Assembly: GCF_964355755.1 (NCBI RefSeq)
Contig: NC_092672.1
Coordinates: 13,020,001 to 13,084,000, forward strand
Source of the DNA: Antedon mediterranea
Taxonomy: Eukaryota; Animalia; Echinodermata
Length of the DNA: 64,000 nucleotides
Reading direction: 5' to 3'
Shown: one piece after another, positions 46,759 through 61,800 of the stretch
Layout: the number at the start of each line of letters is the position of its first letter
Numbering within the stretch: position 1 is the stretch's first letter
The notes under the pieces: model-generated
Databases searched by the model: none
Told to the model about the DNA's origin: nothing
The model's input: only the letters and a program-made list of their open reading frames with translations
Translations under genes and position numbers: made by a program

Positions 46759-49700
46759 AAGAGTGCGATATGTACATCCGTTGTATTCTGCAATAAACAC
46801 CATTCAACGTCATTAAGGCTATTTTATAGCATATAACCTACTTATGTACAAAATGTAATTAGTAATGAAACAAATTAATCTTTTTTAGGTAATTACGATT
46901 GTGTCATCATCAATTCGTTGTTGGAAACATTCACTGAAATCCACGAGACTGTCATTGAGCCAAACGATAGTCACACTGCAAAGTTCCAAGATAGGGTTAA
47001 ATCGGAATTGAATGGAAAGCCTGTACAATTTGATTGGAGACACGAAAAAGTTGAAGAATTTTTAGTAAAAGAAATTTTTTGTTTTCAATCATACTTTTTA
47101 ATTATAGCTTTTTATTTTTTGAATAATTGTCTAATATATCAACGCTAAACTTTGTATTAACAAATAGAGGTTTCTCATATTGACCTACCTATGCAATATT
47201 ATTAAGACACATTCATTAAAAGTTTGGTATTTGAGCCAAACCACAATAACTACTTGTTACTGGGATAGGAAGCTGATTCGTCTGCCAATGGAACAGAAAA
47301 TCTTCATAAATATGATCATAGTGTTTGTCTGGCAGAATAAAAACTCTTGTAAACGTGACTGGCTATAACTTTGTTTTCAAATTATACTTTGTGAGCAAAC
47401 TAAATTTTAGTAAATACAATAGATATTTTGACTACAGTATTATAAGTCATTGGTGTTAATAATACATTATTTGTTTCTTTTAGAAAAATCATGATCTAAT
47501 CAAAGAAAAGTTCCATTATATACACTGTATCCACAGTCTATACTACTGCCTCGACCCAGTTGACATCATAACAAAATTACACGATCTTTTGTTGGAAGAT
47601 GGTGTTCTTATGATCATACATCAATCAGGTATGCAGATGTCAGTTTGCACAGAAAAAAATGGGATAATTTTTCAGTGTGTTTAAAGACACTCATTAGAAT
47701 GGTTTACAATAATGGTAGACGACAAGTAAAATGGAAACAATAAAAGAGAAAGAGCAATTAAATAAAAATAAAACAAGTCAGTTATTTATTAAGATCAAGG
47801 TAGGCTTCGTTTACACTTCTTGGTAAAATCACTTTTCGTACAAAATAGACAATATTTATTTTTCAGAAAAAGATGATGTAAGAAAGATCTACTCAAAAGT
47901 GGGAAAATACTTGAAAAACACTGAAAATCCTTGTGGAGATGATATGTTCAAATACCTGAACTCTCATGGTTATTTATGTACCCTCAAATACTTCAGTTTT
48001 GATGTAGACATCAGCCAATGTTTTGACAAAAAGTCCAAAGAAGGCAATCTGCTTTTGGACTTTTTTACAGACGTTGCTGATTTCAGAAATACTGCTCCTC
48101 GTGATCTTCAAGAGAGTGTCATGAATATGGTAAAGTCGTCTAAACTTGGCGACGATCAATGTCACTACTTCAGAAATGTGGCTGTTCGGTTACTTGTTAG
48201 AAAATAGTCAGGAACAAAATATTATATGCTATGAAATTTAGGGCATTATGATGTTTATGATATTTTTCCTATAGGCCTACTTTATATTTATTGATTTTGC
48301 ACATTAATGTTATAACGGTTAAAAGTGAGTTTTAAAAATGACATAGGTTTTATAATCAAAAGAACTGTCTGGTGTCTGATGGATGAAAGTTTAAAATATA
48401 TTTTACCATACATTTCCATTTTGTTGACAACTTCTAACAAGTCGATTATAATTATGGACCATTCTGAATTATATTAATAATAAATGAACATAACTAGACA
48501 TTGTTTTAGTAAGCTTATGAAAATGTTATGTAAAAGAGAATAAGATCAACAAATTGTAAGCCGTAGTTTAAGAAAAATGACATGAATAAATGAAAATGTT
48601 TAAGTCTAATTAATTTTAAGTTTAAATAAAGTAATTTGTTTGTTTATCTATCTGTTGACCATGCACCTTTAAAACGGTTGGACTCACGATTTGTGGTACG
48701 GTACCACCACCACCAAGTATAGGCCTACTCCCGTGTATATTATTTGACCACAGTAAATGTGATAATATAAATACGTACTTTTGTAGGCCTACTATGAAAA
48801 AAAATTAATTCATTAGGTATAATGAACCAAAACAATTTAAAAACACATCTTTTATGACCTGTTAGAAGTTTGAATGTTGCGCCCAGTAGTCATGAAAAGA
48901 TATGTGTTACAAAAACAACAAGTTTAACAGTCACTAAACCTTGGTTTTAAAAATGTATACGTCGGCCATTATGAATTTATTATCTTTTATTGACAACTGG
49001 GGATAACAGTGTCCAACATGGCATACAAATAGTAGGCATGAAAATAGCAATAAGAAACTTAAATAATATTTTCACTAACTTTAAGAACTTAAAAACAAAT
49101 GTTGACAGTAATAAAGGTTCAATAGAGAATAAAAACACAAGGCTATGACAATGTTTGGCGTATGTGTGCAGTAAATGGGCCTAAAAGATAATTCCAAATT
49201 TAACGCTATTAATTCAGAGAGCTGCAACTCGATAGTTTATTGAGAGAGCTGTAAACTCTAGTTTATAGTTGGACTATTACATTTTATTGTAGGTCATACT
49301 AATGAAATGAATTGCCTTATCTATTTTAATTTGCTTCTTATATTAGTATTAAATTCATCGTCTTCAAAATGTTGATGCGATTCTAAATAGTGTTTTTTTT
49401 AATAGAAATTTTTAGAGATGAGAGACTTTTAAAAACCACCACAGCGCCCACAACAACGAGTATATGGAAGTATGGCAAGCACCTTGGGCCAATACTAAAT
49501 GTAATTGCAGTTTTTAATAATAAAGAACTTTTTTAGAATTTACATTTCTCCAGTTTAATTAATAATAGAGAGATATGTAATATATTTACATATTTCCCGT
49601 CAAAACATAAATTAGAATTGTGCAACCCTGCTTAGACAATGATTAGACATTTTTTGGCTATCAACTAGTTCAGTGAATTCCATAATCATATCCTGGGCGT

Positions 49701-49855
49701 GCAGAAAAAAAAACAATACCGGTCTTGACTCTTCTTGGAATTCACAAAAGACGAATCGCGGTTCCGTCTTCTAAGCCTAGGCCTAATCATTTCTATTTAT
49801 ATGCATGATAAACCTGGTTGAATTTTATTGAATATATTCAGTCTCAAGATACAAT

Positions 49856-52800
49856 ATGGCTCTGGTAAAATTGTTAGGAGAGAAGCTGGTTAACTCAACA
49901 GGAGAAAGTGTAGATGTAGCTTCGTTTGTAGGAGATGGAAAGGTTCTTGGTCTATATTTTTCAGCCCATTGGTGTGGACCCTGTCGGAACTTCACTCCCA
50001 AGTTAGGCGAGTTCTACAATACCCTGAAAAAGGGCGAGAAGAAAGATGTGTTTGACATTGTTTTTATCAGCTCTGACCGTGATGAAAAATCATTTGATGA
50101 TTATTACAAGACAATGCCATGGCTAGCTTTGCCATTTGGAGAAAGAGGCCGAAAGGTTAGAAACTGTAAACATAAATAAACGATCGGGACCACGGACGAT
50201 CGGGCCCAGAAAACGTGGTCCCGATCGTCTTCAGGAGCGTTGGGCCCGATCGTCATACCAGTTGGGCCCGATCGTCCAGTGTTTTCAGAACCATGTTGGG
50301 CCCGATCGTCTTACCAGTTGGGCCCGATAGTCTTTTGTGTTATAAAATAATGTGCCACATTTCATCATTTTTTATTCCTACTGCTAGTGTCAACGTGCTT
50401 TTCTTGCGTAATTAAGATTTTAATTAAAAAGGTTAATTAGATTTTTTCTGATTTTATCATAATTTTGGTTTACAATGAAATTGGTCGCGTCTGAAATCGG
50501 TCGCGTTTAAAAACGGTCGCGATAAAATCAACTTCCGGTATTTTGTAGATAGAGCTATACGTTTGAAATCGGTCGCGTTTGAAATCGGTCGCGCTATTTT
50601 GTATGGAGCGAGATGCATGCTAGAATAGAGAGATACATTTTCTTCGTTTATATAGTCTAGATTTATTTGATATTTTTTAGGAACTAGATTATTTATGTGG
50701 ATATTTTTTATTTTGGTTAATAAATATTTATTATCAATCATTTTTTTTTTATTTCACAGGTCTCGGAGAAGGACTGTCTTTTCAAAATCGCCATTTAACA
50801 CGTTTAAATATTTTATTAGGCATATAATAATTTACCTCTATTTTATTATGTACTGTAATTAATATATTATAAAAGAAAATATACGTCTGTGTCTTTTATT
50901 ATGCAAACAATTACGTAAAAGAGAACAATTTATTTCAAAACAATAATTGTTACAACAATGTATGTATGTAAAGCCAGCGTATCCATTTTTATACTTATGC
51001 ATACTGTGGCAGATATATCATATCCATGTGGTTAACAACTTACTATTGAATTACCTTATTTTAATTTCTATTTTATTTATGTCCGTACGTTATGTAGGAT
51101 AATATTAAGTGTAATAATGATTATTGTTGAGGCAAATCACATGTATATTTTATTTCTAATGTTTAGGCCTAAAATAGTTTCTAGTAAAAATGATTAATAT
51201 ATGCGAATCGTTAAAAGGCGAGTTACTGAAATAAACCCCGAAATAGGCCATATCGTGGATGCGCCTTCTATGATCGTGCAGACGTTAACCGCACATTATT
51301 TTGCTGAAGGGGATTCCCTTTTAAAAAAAAACACGCACTAGTGCGTCAAATCATGTGACAAAACACGTACGATCGTTGTCCATGGCCATTTAAAGATGAC
51401 GTATAGGCCTATTACTAATAACCATACATTTGAAACATCTATAGGCCTGCACGTGTTTTTGTGAAACCTAGTTCCATGGTGAAACGATGTATATAATTTA
51501 CGTATACGTCGGCGATACTATAGTTTTTAATTTGAATATCTTTTATTTCTTTATTTATAATAATCACTTAATGTCACTTAGTGTCTCGTACGCCGTTCGT
51601 AAATCTAAATGTTTAAATATCAGTGCAAGATTACCTCTTTTAGAATCGTGCCCACCTTTATTATCCATCCATTATCATTCTCACATCTAGGCCTATCATT
51701 GTACTGTATAGGCCCGGTACTACTATTGATTTATAACGGCTATTATTTTATTAGTATTATCCTAAAACCATGCTCACGTAAGAGTGGCGGATATCAAACG
51801 TAAAAATCATCGTCATACATCATCTGCCTTTATTGCATAAAACCTCATTGAGCTGTATAGAACTAGTTTCGTAATTAACTGTGATTAAAAAATACGCAAT
51901 AGGCGCGTCTGCTTGTTTAATATTACTAATATTATTAATAATATAACATTTTTAAAACTTTAAACAGTGGCAGCTAATCTTTTCAAAAAGATTTTCTAAA
52001 CGAACACATTACAATTATTCATTGACACCTGTAAGATAAAATGAAAACACAAATTATTTATAAATAATGAGATATACTAGAGATAAATATTTATATTTAC
52101 TGTACTAAAAAAATAATAACGATCGAGGTAAAAAAAATGTTAATAGTATTATAAATTCTATATTCAAAATTAACTAAAATCATAATTAGCTTTTTCATTA
52201 AAAATGTATCTAGTGCGTCCCATGCAAAATAGCGCGACCGATTTCAAAGGCGACCGATTTCAAACGCGACCGATATCATAAAACGTATACCTCTAGCGGC
52301 GCGCCATACAAAATACCGGAAGTTGATTTTATCGCGACCGATTTCAAACGCGACCGATTTTAGACGCGACCGATTTCATCCGACACCATAATTTTCCCCT
52401 ACTTAACACAACTGGTTTTAAGAATTTCTTACCAATACTCGCGATTTATGAATAAATGTGATTGATTTTGATTGTTATTATTGTGTGGTTTGTAATCGCG
52501 TGTTATTTTTTAAAATTTTCCGAGGATATTTTGGGCCCGATCGTCTTGTTTGTTGGGCCCGATCATCTGGGCCCGATCGTCTCTCACCCTTGATGGGCCC
52601 GATCGTCTCACGATTTGGGCCCGATCGTCTTGAAGTGGGCCCGATCGTCTGGTCCCGATCGTCCGTGGTCCCGATCGTCTGATAACCTAAATTAATAATA
52701 AATAGGCCTAGGCCTAAAGAGAAGACAGGAGAAAATATGCTTCCGATCATGTTAGACGATCGAGCCACGGCTGACAATCTGGCCCTGAAAATGCGGTCCC

Positions 52801-55800
52801 AATCGTCCTGTGTTCGAAATGGACTATTTGATTGTTGGTCCTGATCACCTTATACTAGCCTAGGCCTAGGCCAATTCATTTTTGCAAATCATGCAAGTAT
52901 GACCCGATGTTTATGTCTTTTGTTTGAACCCTTTTTTTTCTTTTTTTTTCAGAATAAGTTATCAAGCAAATTCAAAGTGCGTGGTATTCCTACATTGGTG
53001 TTTATAGACACCATGACCGGTTTTCCAATAATAACTTCTGGAAGAGAAAAGGTCATCTCTGATCCTGAAGGTTTAAACTTTCCATGGAAGCGGAAAGAAT
53101 TTTCAGGTATATATTGCCTTTAATTATAATAAAAGTAAAATTGTCCCATCATAAATTTAGAACTAAAACATATTTTTCAATGAAACTTAATACCAAAGTA
53201 TACTCTATGATATGGGGTGATTTGTGTTGTGATATGATTATATAGCGTGCTAAGTAAAAAAATTATGCGCATATATACGCATTTTAAATTTCAAAATGCG
53301 CAAAATTAATCTCTTATCAATTTCTTGTACATTTCAGGCCATTTTGAGAATTTCAATTTTTCTTTTTTTTTTTGCGTTTTGCGCACGCACTTGTGCGCAC
53401 AGCTCGTATAAAGCATAGAAAAATCGTTTTTGCAATTTTGTTTTTCATACCTTCTTTAAATAGTAAATTTAATTAATTTTGATAAACTCTTATTGCAAAA
53501 TAATGACGCACATGCACGTTAAACTTTAATGATTGTGTGCTAAAAAATAGGTAATAATTTAATCTGGTACAAAAATATACCTATTAATATTATACCTATC
53601 GATTACAGCTCTTCAGGATGGCAGGTAAACCCCTATATATTATGGGAGCTGATGAGTTCATTCATGTAAAATTTCGATATACCGGATGTTCGGACGTATG
53701 TTTACCTTCCGAGATTAGCACCTGTTTGGTCTTTCCTTGCCTTTTATATTTGTTTTGTCTTCTTCTTGTCTTGTATTGTACAGTCGACTCCGCCTAAGTC
53801 GAATTCGCGTAAGTCGAAAAATTGCGAAAGTCGAATTTTTTGGAAAGTCCCAATTCTTTCCTATACATTACAATGTAAATTTGTAAGTCGAATTTTTCTA
53901 AGTCGAAATTCGTCTAAGTCGACGTCTTTTTGCGGTCCGAATACACACATTCTTTAGTGATTTATATCGTATAAGTCGAAGTCACAAATTACGTGGCAAC
54001 AACGCGCTAAAAAAGCCGATGAAACGTACGTAATTCGATAAACAAACAACAAAGGGGATAATGTGGGACCATATCGGTTCTCTCAAGCAGGTTGTATAGT
54101 ATAGGCGGCGTCCTACAACTCACGCTAGTGTATAGTGTATGAGTTGTTTAAGCGTTGAGAACTTGAGCGGCGTTTTGTGGGTACCTATTTTGTGCTAGAC
54201 AGATGGCAATAAACAATGGATACCGATTTCGAATAAGAAACGAAATGTATTTATTATACGTTTTTGTATTGTTTTGGGCTTAAACCATAAAAGAAAATAC
54301 AGTTTATCATTGCCGATAAAGAGGCTTAGCATTTATTAGGCCTAGCTAGCTAGCTAAGCAAACTCAATTCAAGAAGGCTCATCGCGTGGGCCGCGATCGC
54401 GACAGGGCAGGGTCCACTAGGCCTAGCCATAGCGCGGCTAGTGAGTGAGCCTAGGCCTAGGCCTAGCATTTTCTTGGCAAATCTGTAAGTCGAAGTTCGC
54501 GTAACTCAAATTTTTATACCGGTCCCATTAGATTCGACTTAGGCGGAGTCGACTGTATATGGCAGAAAATGGAATAAATAAAAATAAAATAAAATGATGG
54601 CTCATCTTGAAATTACTATCTTCAAAATAGATTAAAAGATGGGTCTCGTAATTTCATCAATGCTACACTGTGTAAACATATATACAGTGTATTCTGTATA
54701 CTCTAATATGACACAAAATAGGTACAATTCATCACTGTAAATATATTTAATTAATGTCATAGGATGGATTAATAATTTTTGGTATTCATATCTTACTGTA
54801 TGTGCTTGTTGCGTTGCGCGGATAACCCGAACTCGTCACATGACGAGTTCAAATCTACTGTAGTTATAATTATTTCTTTCTTAAATTGAAACACTTTCAT
54901 TTGTAAATTTGTATTTTTTTTTTATTATTATATAATGTTTTTGTGCAATTTTGTATAACGTGTACCAAGTTCTTATATATTTATTCGTTCTTTTTTAAAT
55001 AGTGTACAAAAAACGAATTTCCGATGTTTCATTGAACCTAATAAATGCTGAGAGAGCAGTGCATTATTATTATTACTATTATTAGATGCTTTTTGATGCT
55101 TCAATTTTTGTATTTAAATATTAAATAAATATGTGAATCTTACATTAACTAATTGCGTAAACAGCGAAAGTTGAAAATAAAAGGTTTCAACGTAATTTAA
55201 TATATTAAATCATCAAAATGAAATCCTTAACTAATAATGTATTATAATATTCAGAATTGTTAGCAGAAAGAACTACACAGTTTTTGGAGGTGGTACAGTA
55301 CATGCATTGATCACAGGTTCAACATGATTAAATCAGGCCATACTGGCAACTGTATGGCCTATTATCTATTAGTATTAAGTCTTTATACCTTGAAATACAA
55401 TTACAGATACAGTACACTGTTAGTGTAAGTGATACAATGGGCTTTCTAATATCCTATAAATTTGCCATATCATTGTTATTCATACTAAAGGATAGCAGGA
55501 TACCTGGTACTGTACATTTAGACCATGTCACTGTCAGTCAATTAATCTAGCTTGTTTTAACAAAAATTAAGCAATCAAAATCAATAACAGCACTAAAAAT
55601 GACAAATTTATTGTTTACTTCATAATCAGTGTGCAATATGAAAAAACATAATAAAAAGCTCTTTACAAAAATACAACATAAAAAAACAACAATCGCCCAT
55701 GGACCACAGGCTGGCAAAAATATTATTATTATAACTCTTTGAGTAAAAACACCAAGGTTTGCATCCATTTCATAATGCACAAACCAACACATTATTTAGA

Positions 55801-58800
55801 ATGTTTAATTCTTTATAAATCATAAATACATCTTCTAATCTTTTCTTTGAAAGATATTAACAAACCATTACTAAAAAATATATTTGATGTACTATTGTGT
55901 CCTTTCATAAATCAAATATCACATGTAATGCATTATTGTAACAAACTTGTAGCTTCTTCAAAAGTAATATTACTGAATTGTATAGAAGATGGCTGTTTAC
56001 AATTTTATTAGAGGTACTATTAAATTATGTCAAGTAATTTAGTAAACAAATTCATGTCTTGGTGTTACTACTGTTAGTCAAGAGCGATCAGTTGTCTCAA
56101 TAGTGTATTTTGTATGCCTTGGTCGTGGAGACATTTTGTGCAAGCTCTCGTCAGTGAATACAGTATCTAAATTTGGTTAATTAATAGGCATTGTCGGTAT
56201 CATCACAGGTGCTCCTAGTAATATTACCATATTTATTTATTCGAAAAACTGTCTGGGCCTCCATTTATTTTTAGAGGAGAGGTTATTCGCGGGAGGCGTT
56301 TATTTGAAGGAGGCGTTCATTATTTTGGGGTGTAATATAATGTTAACAAGAAAACAAATATATTCTCACTAAATAGGAAAAAATACAACACAATTAATAT
56401 CAAGAAGTTATAAAAAAAAGTAAAAGTACTTGATAAATTAATTGTAGATCATGGGAGTAAATTTAGAAATATGTTAATACAATATTGTGTGTGTATGCAT
56501 TTCGCGGAACGTTATATTTGAGGAAAAAGTAAAGGCCAAGAGGCATTTATTTGAATGTAATCTAAACCAGGTAAATTAATCAAAGTGAGGCGTTTATTCG
56601 AATAAATACTGTATGGTATGATAAATTATTTCATTTTTTTTTTTCCTATTGTAGACATATTGGGAACTGTTTTGAAGAATAAAGAATACACTGATGTTGC
56701 AGTTGACACTTTAAAAGGAAAACATGTGTGCCTTTATTTCTCTGCACATTGGGTATGTACAGTACAGATCGATAATTTAAGGACGTATATCATTTTTTCC
56801 CCCTTTATAAAATCTGATGGTCCACAGTTGAATAATAAAGATGATATTTCAATTTATATTTTAAAAACTGTTTTGATAAAAATTGTTCTAAATTCGCAGT
56901 GTCCACCCTGTAAGACCTTCACACCCACTCTTATTGAAACATACAATAAAATAAAAGCAAGAGGAGTCGAGATGGAGATAATATTTGTGACATTTGACCG
57001 CTCGGAAGAGTCATTTAAGGATTACTATGGTACAATGCCATGGCTTACGATTCCGTTTGAGGATGAGCCACGTCGTAAGGAAATGGCACAGTTTTTCGAA
57101 ATCAATGGTAAGCCATTTAATTTCTTAAAACTCTGTACTACACAGTTAACAAACTTTATGTGACAACAAAATGTGATGTGCCCACATGATGTCATTAAAC
57201 TATCCTAAAACATATCACTACCATAATTTGGGCACATCACAATTTTTTTGTAAAGCTAGTTTGATAGTGTAGACGGAGCTTAATTTTTAAAAAACAGGAG
57301 CTACAAGCTCTTGAATGTTCCGCAAACTTTTCTCCACCCACATTCTGGATTTCGCAAATGTCGACTGGAGAAAGAAAAAATGATATCATTTGCAAAACAG
57401 GAGAAAATTTATTTTCCTTAAAAATCAAACATTCAAACCACAAAATTGCCACCGCCATGGATCGCAATGTACAGTAGAGACGTGTTTTTTAGCATAACTT
57501 GAGTAAATTAAAACAATATTCCTGCTGCTACAGTAGCTCATATTGTACATGCGACTAGTTGGAAATCGTGTTATCTGTAACAACTTTACACATGCCAAGC
57601 TAATGAATTACAAACGAGCAAACTCCGCAAAAGCAAAAATCAAAACATTATTATTATTCTGACGATGTACGGTGTTGATGTTTTTGTAATGGAAACGTGA
57701 ATGAATAAGAAGCAAATAAAAGAAATTAACAAAACTATTAGTATAAATTAATATTATTTTTATGATTGACGAAAAACAAAACAAAGTATGAAGTACTTGA
57801 TGGCTGCATGCTGCAGAGGCAAATTTCATTTAATGTCCTTCTTTGTACAGTCCCTTCCTCTTTTATTGTATCTTTTTAATTTATTCATTGTTGAATTTGA
57901 CAGTGCAGGTGTAGATTAAATATGAGCAGCTAGGTAAAATGTCAGCAATAAACATGTTGGGAACGATTTATGACTGCTAATTTAGTAGTTTGTATTGAAA
58001 TAGTGTTCATAGTGGACAATAATAGCACATTCCAGCTCCAGATTATTTGTATTACATTGGATATTAAAATAGCTTATTACAGTGTAGGATAGTCTTGAGA
58101 TATTGTATTATAAAAACAATAAAGACAATCTTGTTGTTGTTAAACCAGAGGAAAGTCATAATTAGATGTCACTTTGGGTTTTTTTTGTATTGTTCAAGTA
58201 GACATCAAGCATGAATGCATCTATTTTAAGTTTCAGTATAATGTTAATGCACTTGTCAATTGTACAGTATGAAGAGAGAGATGGGTCATTTGTCCGATGT
58301 AAATGAATGATTGTCAATATGTATTATTTGTACAATCACTGTATTAAAAATATTACAATTTATGTGGAAGAGACTACAGTATTATATGAAGCTTGATTGC
58401 ATTTAACAAAATTTTACAATTCAATTTTATTTTTATATGATAGAAAAAATAGTTCTTTTATTGTTTGATAAACCAATTCTTATAATAATAATAAGTGTAT
58501 GCCTACATAATTTAAATACAATCAAACCATAGATCGCATGATCTAAACTGGATTTGATTTTTAAATGCTGTGACAGTCTGCATTTACTATACATATAACC
58601 TACTGTGTACATTCTAAGGTACTCTGGTATTTACTGGTTTTTAATGAACTGTTTTCATGCACTGGCCCTACATCAGTGCTTGTTTTTATTTTGTCTACTA
58701 TCTGAGTGATGGTAGGTAAATGCACTGTACTCTTGACTGGCAGCACCTGGATGGTAATGACAGAGGTTTACTGCAATATAATTAACTTTCACTGTGGTAT

Positions 58801-61800
58801 AGTTATAACCAATATAAAAAGCACATTTTCTGATTTACATGTTGTTATACTACAATATGATAAAAGAAAGTACAGGTAATGCCTAAAAATAAAAACATTT
58901 GATAACTCAAAAAAAGAGATGGAAGATATTTAGATGAATTTGCTACTGTATGTAAATTGTTTAATTTATAATACTGTATGCTTTTTTTAGTGTCACTTTT
59001 GTTAATATTGTAGAAAAAGATGCGTCAATCAACACATTTGCAATACTTTTGTCTTTTTTAGATACTAAAAAAATATCTTTGTTTTACTTTATCTGAAGTT
59101 AATTTAATTGATTTAATTTTAACAGATACAAAAAGTTAGTTTTTAAACCCTTACCTATGACCTGCATTTTCCCTTGCTATTCTTCAGTGCATGATAGAGA
59201 TTATTTTGTTTAATCTAAACAGGATGAACTTGATTGACGAAAATAGCACTTTGAATTGTTTTTCTTTGTCTGAAAGCATTATTCAGCATATTGAAACAAT
59301 GGCACATTGTTGATTTATTGAAACTAGTTTCCCTTTTTAAGAATGTTTTGATCTTGATTATTTCCTTTTAAAGCAGAAAGTATTTACTAGCTAGCAGAAT
59401 TTTCTTCCCAAGATTACTCAACTGTTTTGGCCGAGTTATAATCCACCACAGGAGCAGAAAGTAGTTGGTTTTAGATTTGCAAAGTAAAATGCTAATTTAA
59501 TGACTAGTTTAAAACCTACTGAGTAGTGGGTTATTCATTTTCCTTTATATAGGACAATTTCATTAATTTTGATACCCCATGTGTATGGATGTGTACACGA
59601 ATATACAACATTTATCTCAAACTCTCTCTTGTAGTAAAAATGTCAGAGCCTTTGCCAATCAGACACAAGTTTTGATTCAGATCTATTGCACTTACCAAAA
59701 TATGAACCTGCTTCATTAGCCCATGCCTTTTTTCCATGTTTATATGTGTATGCTTAGGCTATACATGTTATTTAGTGAATAAAGCATGAGCAATAACTGT
59801 GGACACAGGGTTGTAGTCTATCCGTCCATCATTTTTTAGACCTCTGAGTTTAATTAACAAACTTCAGTTAATCCTACCTTGCTATTTTTGTTTTGAGATC
59901 ACTAAGTTTGGTTTTTCTTTAAATAATGAAATGATATCCAATTTTCTGTAGGTCTGTTTAATTGTTTTAGCTTTTGTTCTATTCTATGCTATAAACTGAA
60001 GAATAATGTGACCATTGAATGATGTTAAAAAAAAAATAAATAAAATCAACCAACCAAATAAGTATAACTTGGAGTTCATTCAATTTTGATGTATTACCTA
60101 CTTTTAAGTGTTATGATTAAATTTGTCTAGTTAGTTGATTTTTTGCGCCGGGCTGCTTTAGCCAGCTATGTCCCAAGAGGATATATTCATTAAGAAGCTG
60201 TTTCTTTGTGGTAGCTATAGTACCAAGGCCGACAGTTTTGAGACTTTGTAAACTCGACTATAATTTATAGGTCCCAGCTGCTGGAACCAAAAAACGGGAA
60301 AAGAGAGTCTGAGGGCTCACGGTTGAACTATTTTGGATTCTCGCCCTTTGTTTATCAACAGACTGTGGAAGAATTTTCTCCCTTGTACCACTGTTAAGTC
60401 ACCTTGTCTCTAGAGGGGTATTATAGTCAATTGACTAGGTTTCATGCCTACAGGTTGAGGTCACACACACAGGCACAGCACACTACAGGTATTTAATCTC
60501 AGTCATGAACGAAAATATAAAAGAAAATTATCAGAATCAAATTCTTCAATGAACACATGATGTAATTTCGAAAGTTTGAAAAGAAAATTAATCGTGCAAA
60601 TAATTTTTACGATTCGACATATTTTTATTTATTACATATTTCTATGGTAACAAAAACATTTTAATAAACATTTTGATTGATAATTGTGTATTTATATTAT
60701 ACAATTAACTGGTGACAAAATGGGCATGATGTGATTTATAATTAAATAGCTATGTTAGATTTTGTGTATTTTTGCGATTAAACAACATATTTTTATTTTG
60801 TTACACGTTTCCATGGTAACAATTTAACATTATCATTATTATTTTCCATAAATTTTTATAAATTGTGTATTTATAGTATAAAATTAACTAGTGAAAAATG
60901 GGCATAATGTGATTCATAATTAAAGAACTACTGTATCTGTGATTTGTATGTATTTTTGCGATCAAAGGACATCTTTTTAATAATTAATTATTTAATATAT
61001 CTGATGAAAGAACAATGAATAATTCTAAAATGTCGAGTGGAATTTTTTAAAGAAATATTTCTTGTTTAAATTTGCACCAATCCAGGTTCAATTTTTGAAC
61101 TGCACTGTACATTGTTTTGCTTTTAAATGGTTTTAGGATGACCCTGATACTTAAGAAACAAGTGGATTAAAATCTCAAGCTAGAGCTCCACACCCATTTA
61201 ATTAGTACTGTAAATTTGTGTCTAAAATCTGGAAAAATTACAATATAATTTAAAAAATATATATATATAATCTTATTGTATACTGATGTTATAGTAATTA
61301 CTCCTGAACAGTGTTGCAACAACTGGAATGTCAAGACACAACTTAATGTACAGTAATACTTATTACTTATTTCTTTAGGAATCACATGATGATGGCTGTA
61401 AACCGTACTTAGTATTTTGACATGACATTTGCAAAGTAGATTGAGCTGGATTGTTAAAATAAGTCAACTTTTCAAAAAATATTAATAAAGTAAAAAGTAT
61501 TATTGTTTACAATATTTGTTGTCATTGTTTAAAATAATTTTGAAATATAATTTTCACAGTCAAATAAATGCTGCATTTAAATATGTTACTGCAATCGAAT
61601 AAAGTGCCAAAAAAAATTTGCAGTCAAAAGTTCTGCATTTCAGTAATTCCCAAAGTTAAATATGTCGCAGTCAAATAGATGCTACAGTCAAATAAGTGCC
61701 ATCTGTCAAATAGATGCTACAGTCAAATAAATGCCATCTGTCAAATAGATGCTACAGTCAAATAAGTGCCATCTGTCAAATACAGTAGATGCTACAGTCA

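Larger units (their letters stand above)
44681..48207 (+). pseudogene. HNMT: Histamine N-methyltransferase-like class I SAM methyltransferase; exon 1 frameshifted in this sequence. Exons: 44681-44863, 46889-47064, 47484-47628, 47867-48207
   Basis: HNMT-like motifs: MSLLSDDPLSYADAF, LRILSVGAGTG (SAM motif I), TVIEPN, FDWRHE, KFHYIHCIHSLYY, DISQCFD..SKEGNLLLDFFT...FRNTAP.DL. The ATG frame stops at TAA 44792-44794, while motif I is in another frame that has TGA at 44773-44775. Exons 2-4 are open and in phase. Confidence 0.8.

Noticed and set aside
50180-52680. GGGCCCGATCGTC repeats with short variable spacers resembling a CRISPR array
   Set aside because: Repeats are ~13 bp with spacers under ~20 bp, form the subterminal arrays of a TIR element in a eukaryotic intron, and no cas genes are present.
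49856-57107. Selenoprotein form of nucleoredoxin
   Set aside because: Both visible active sites use Cys codons (WCGPC, WCPPC).
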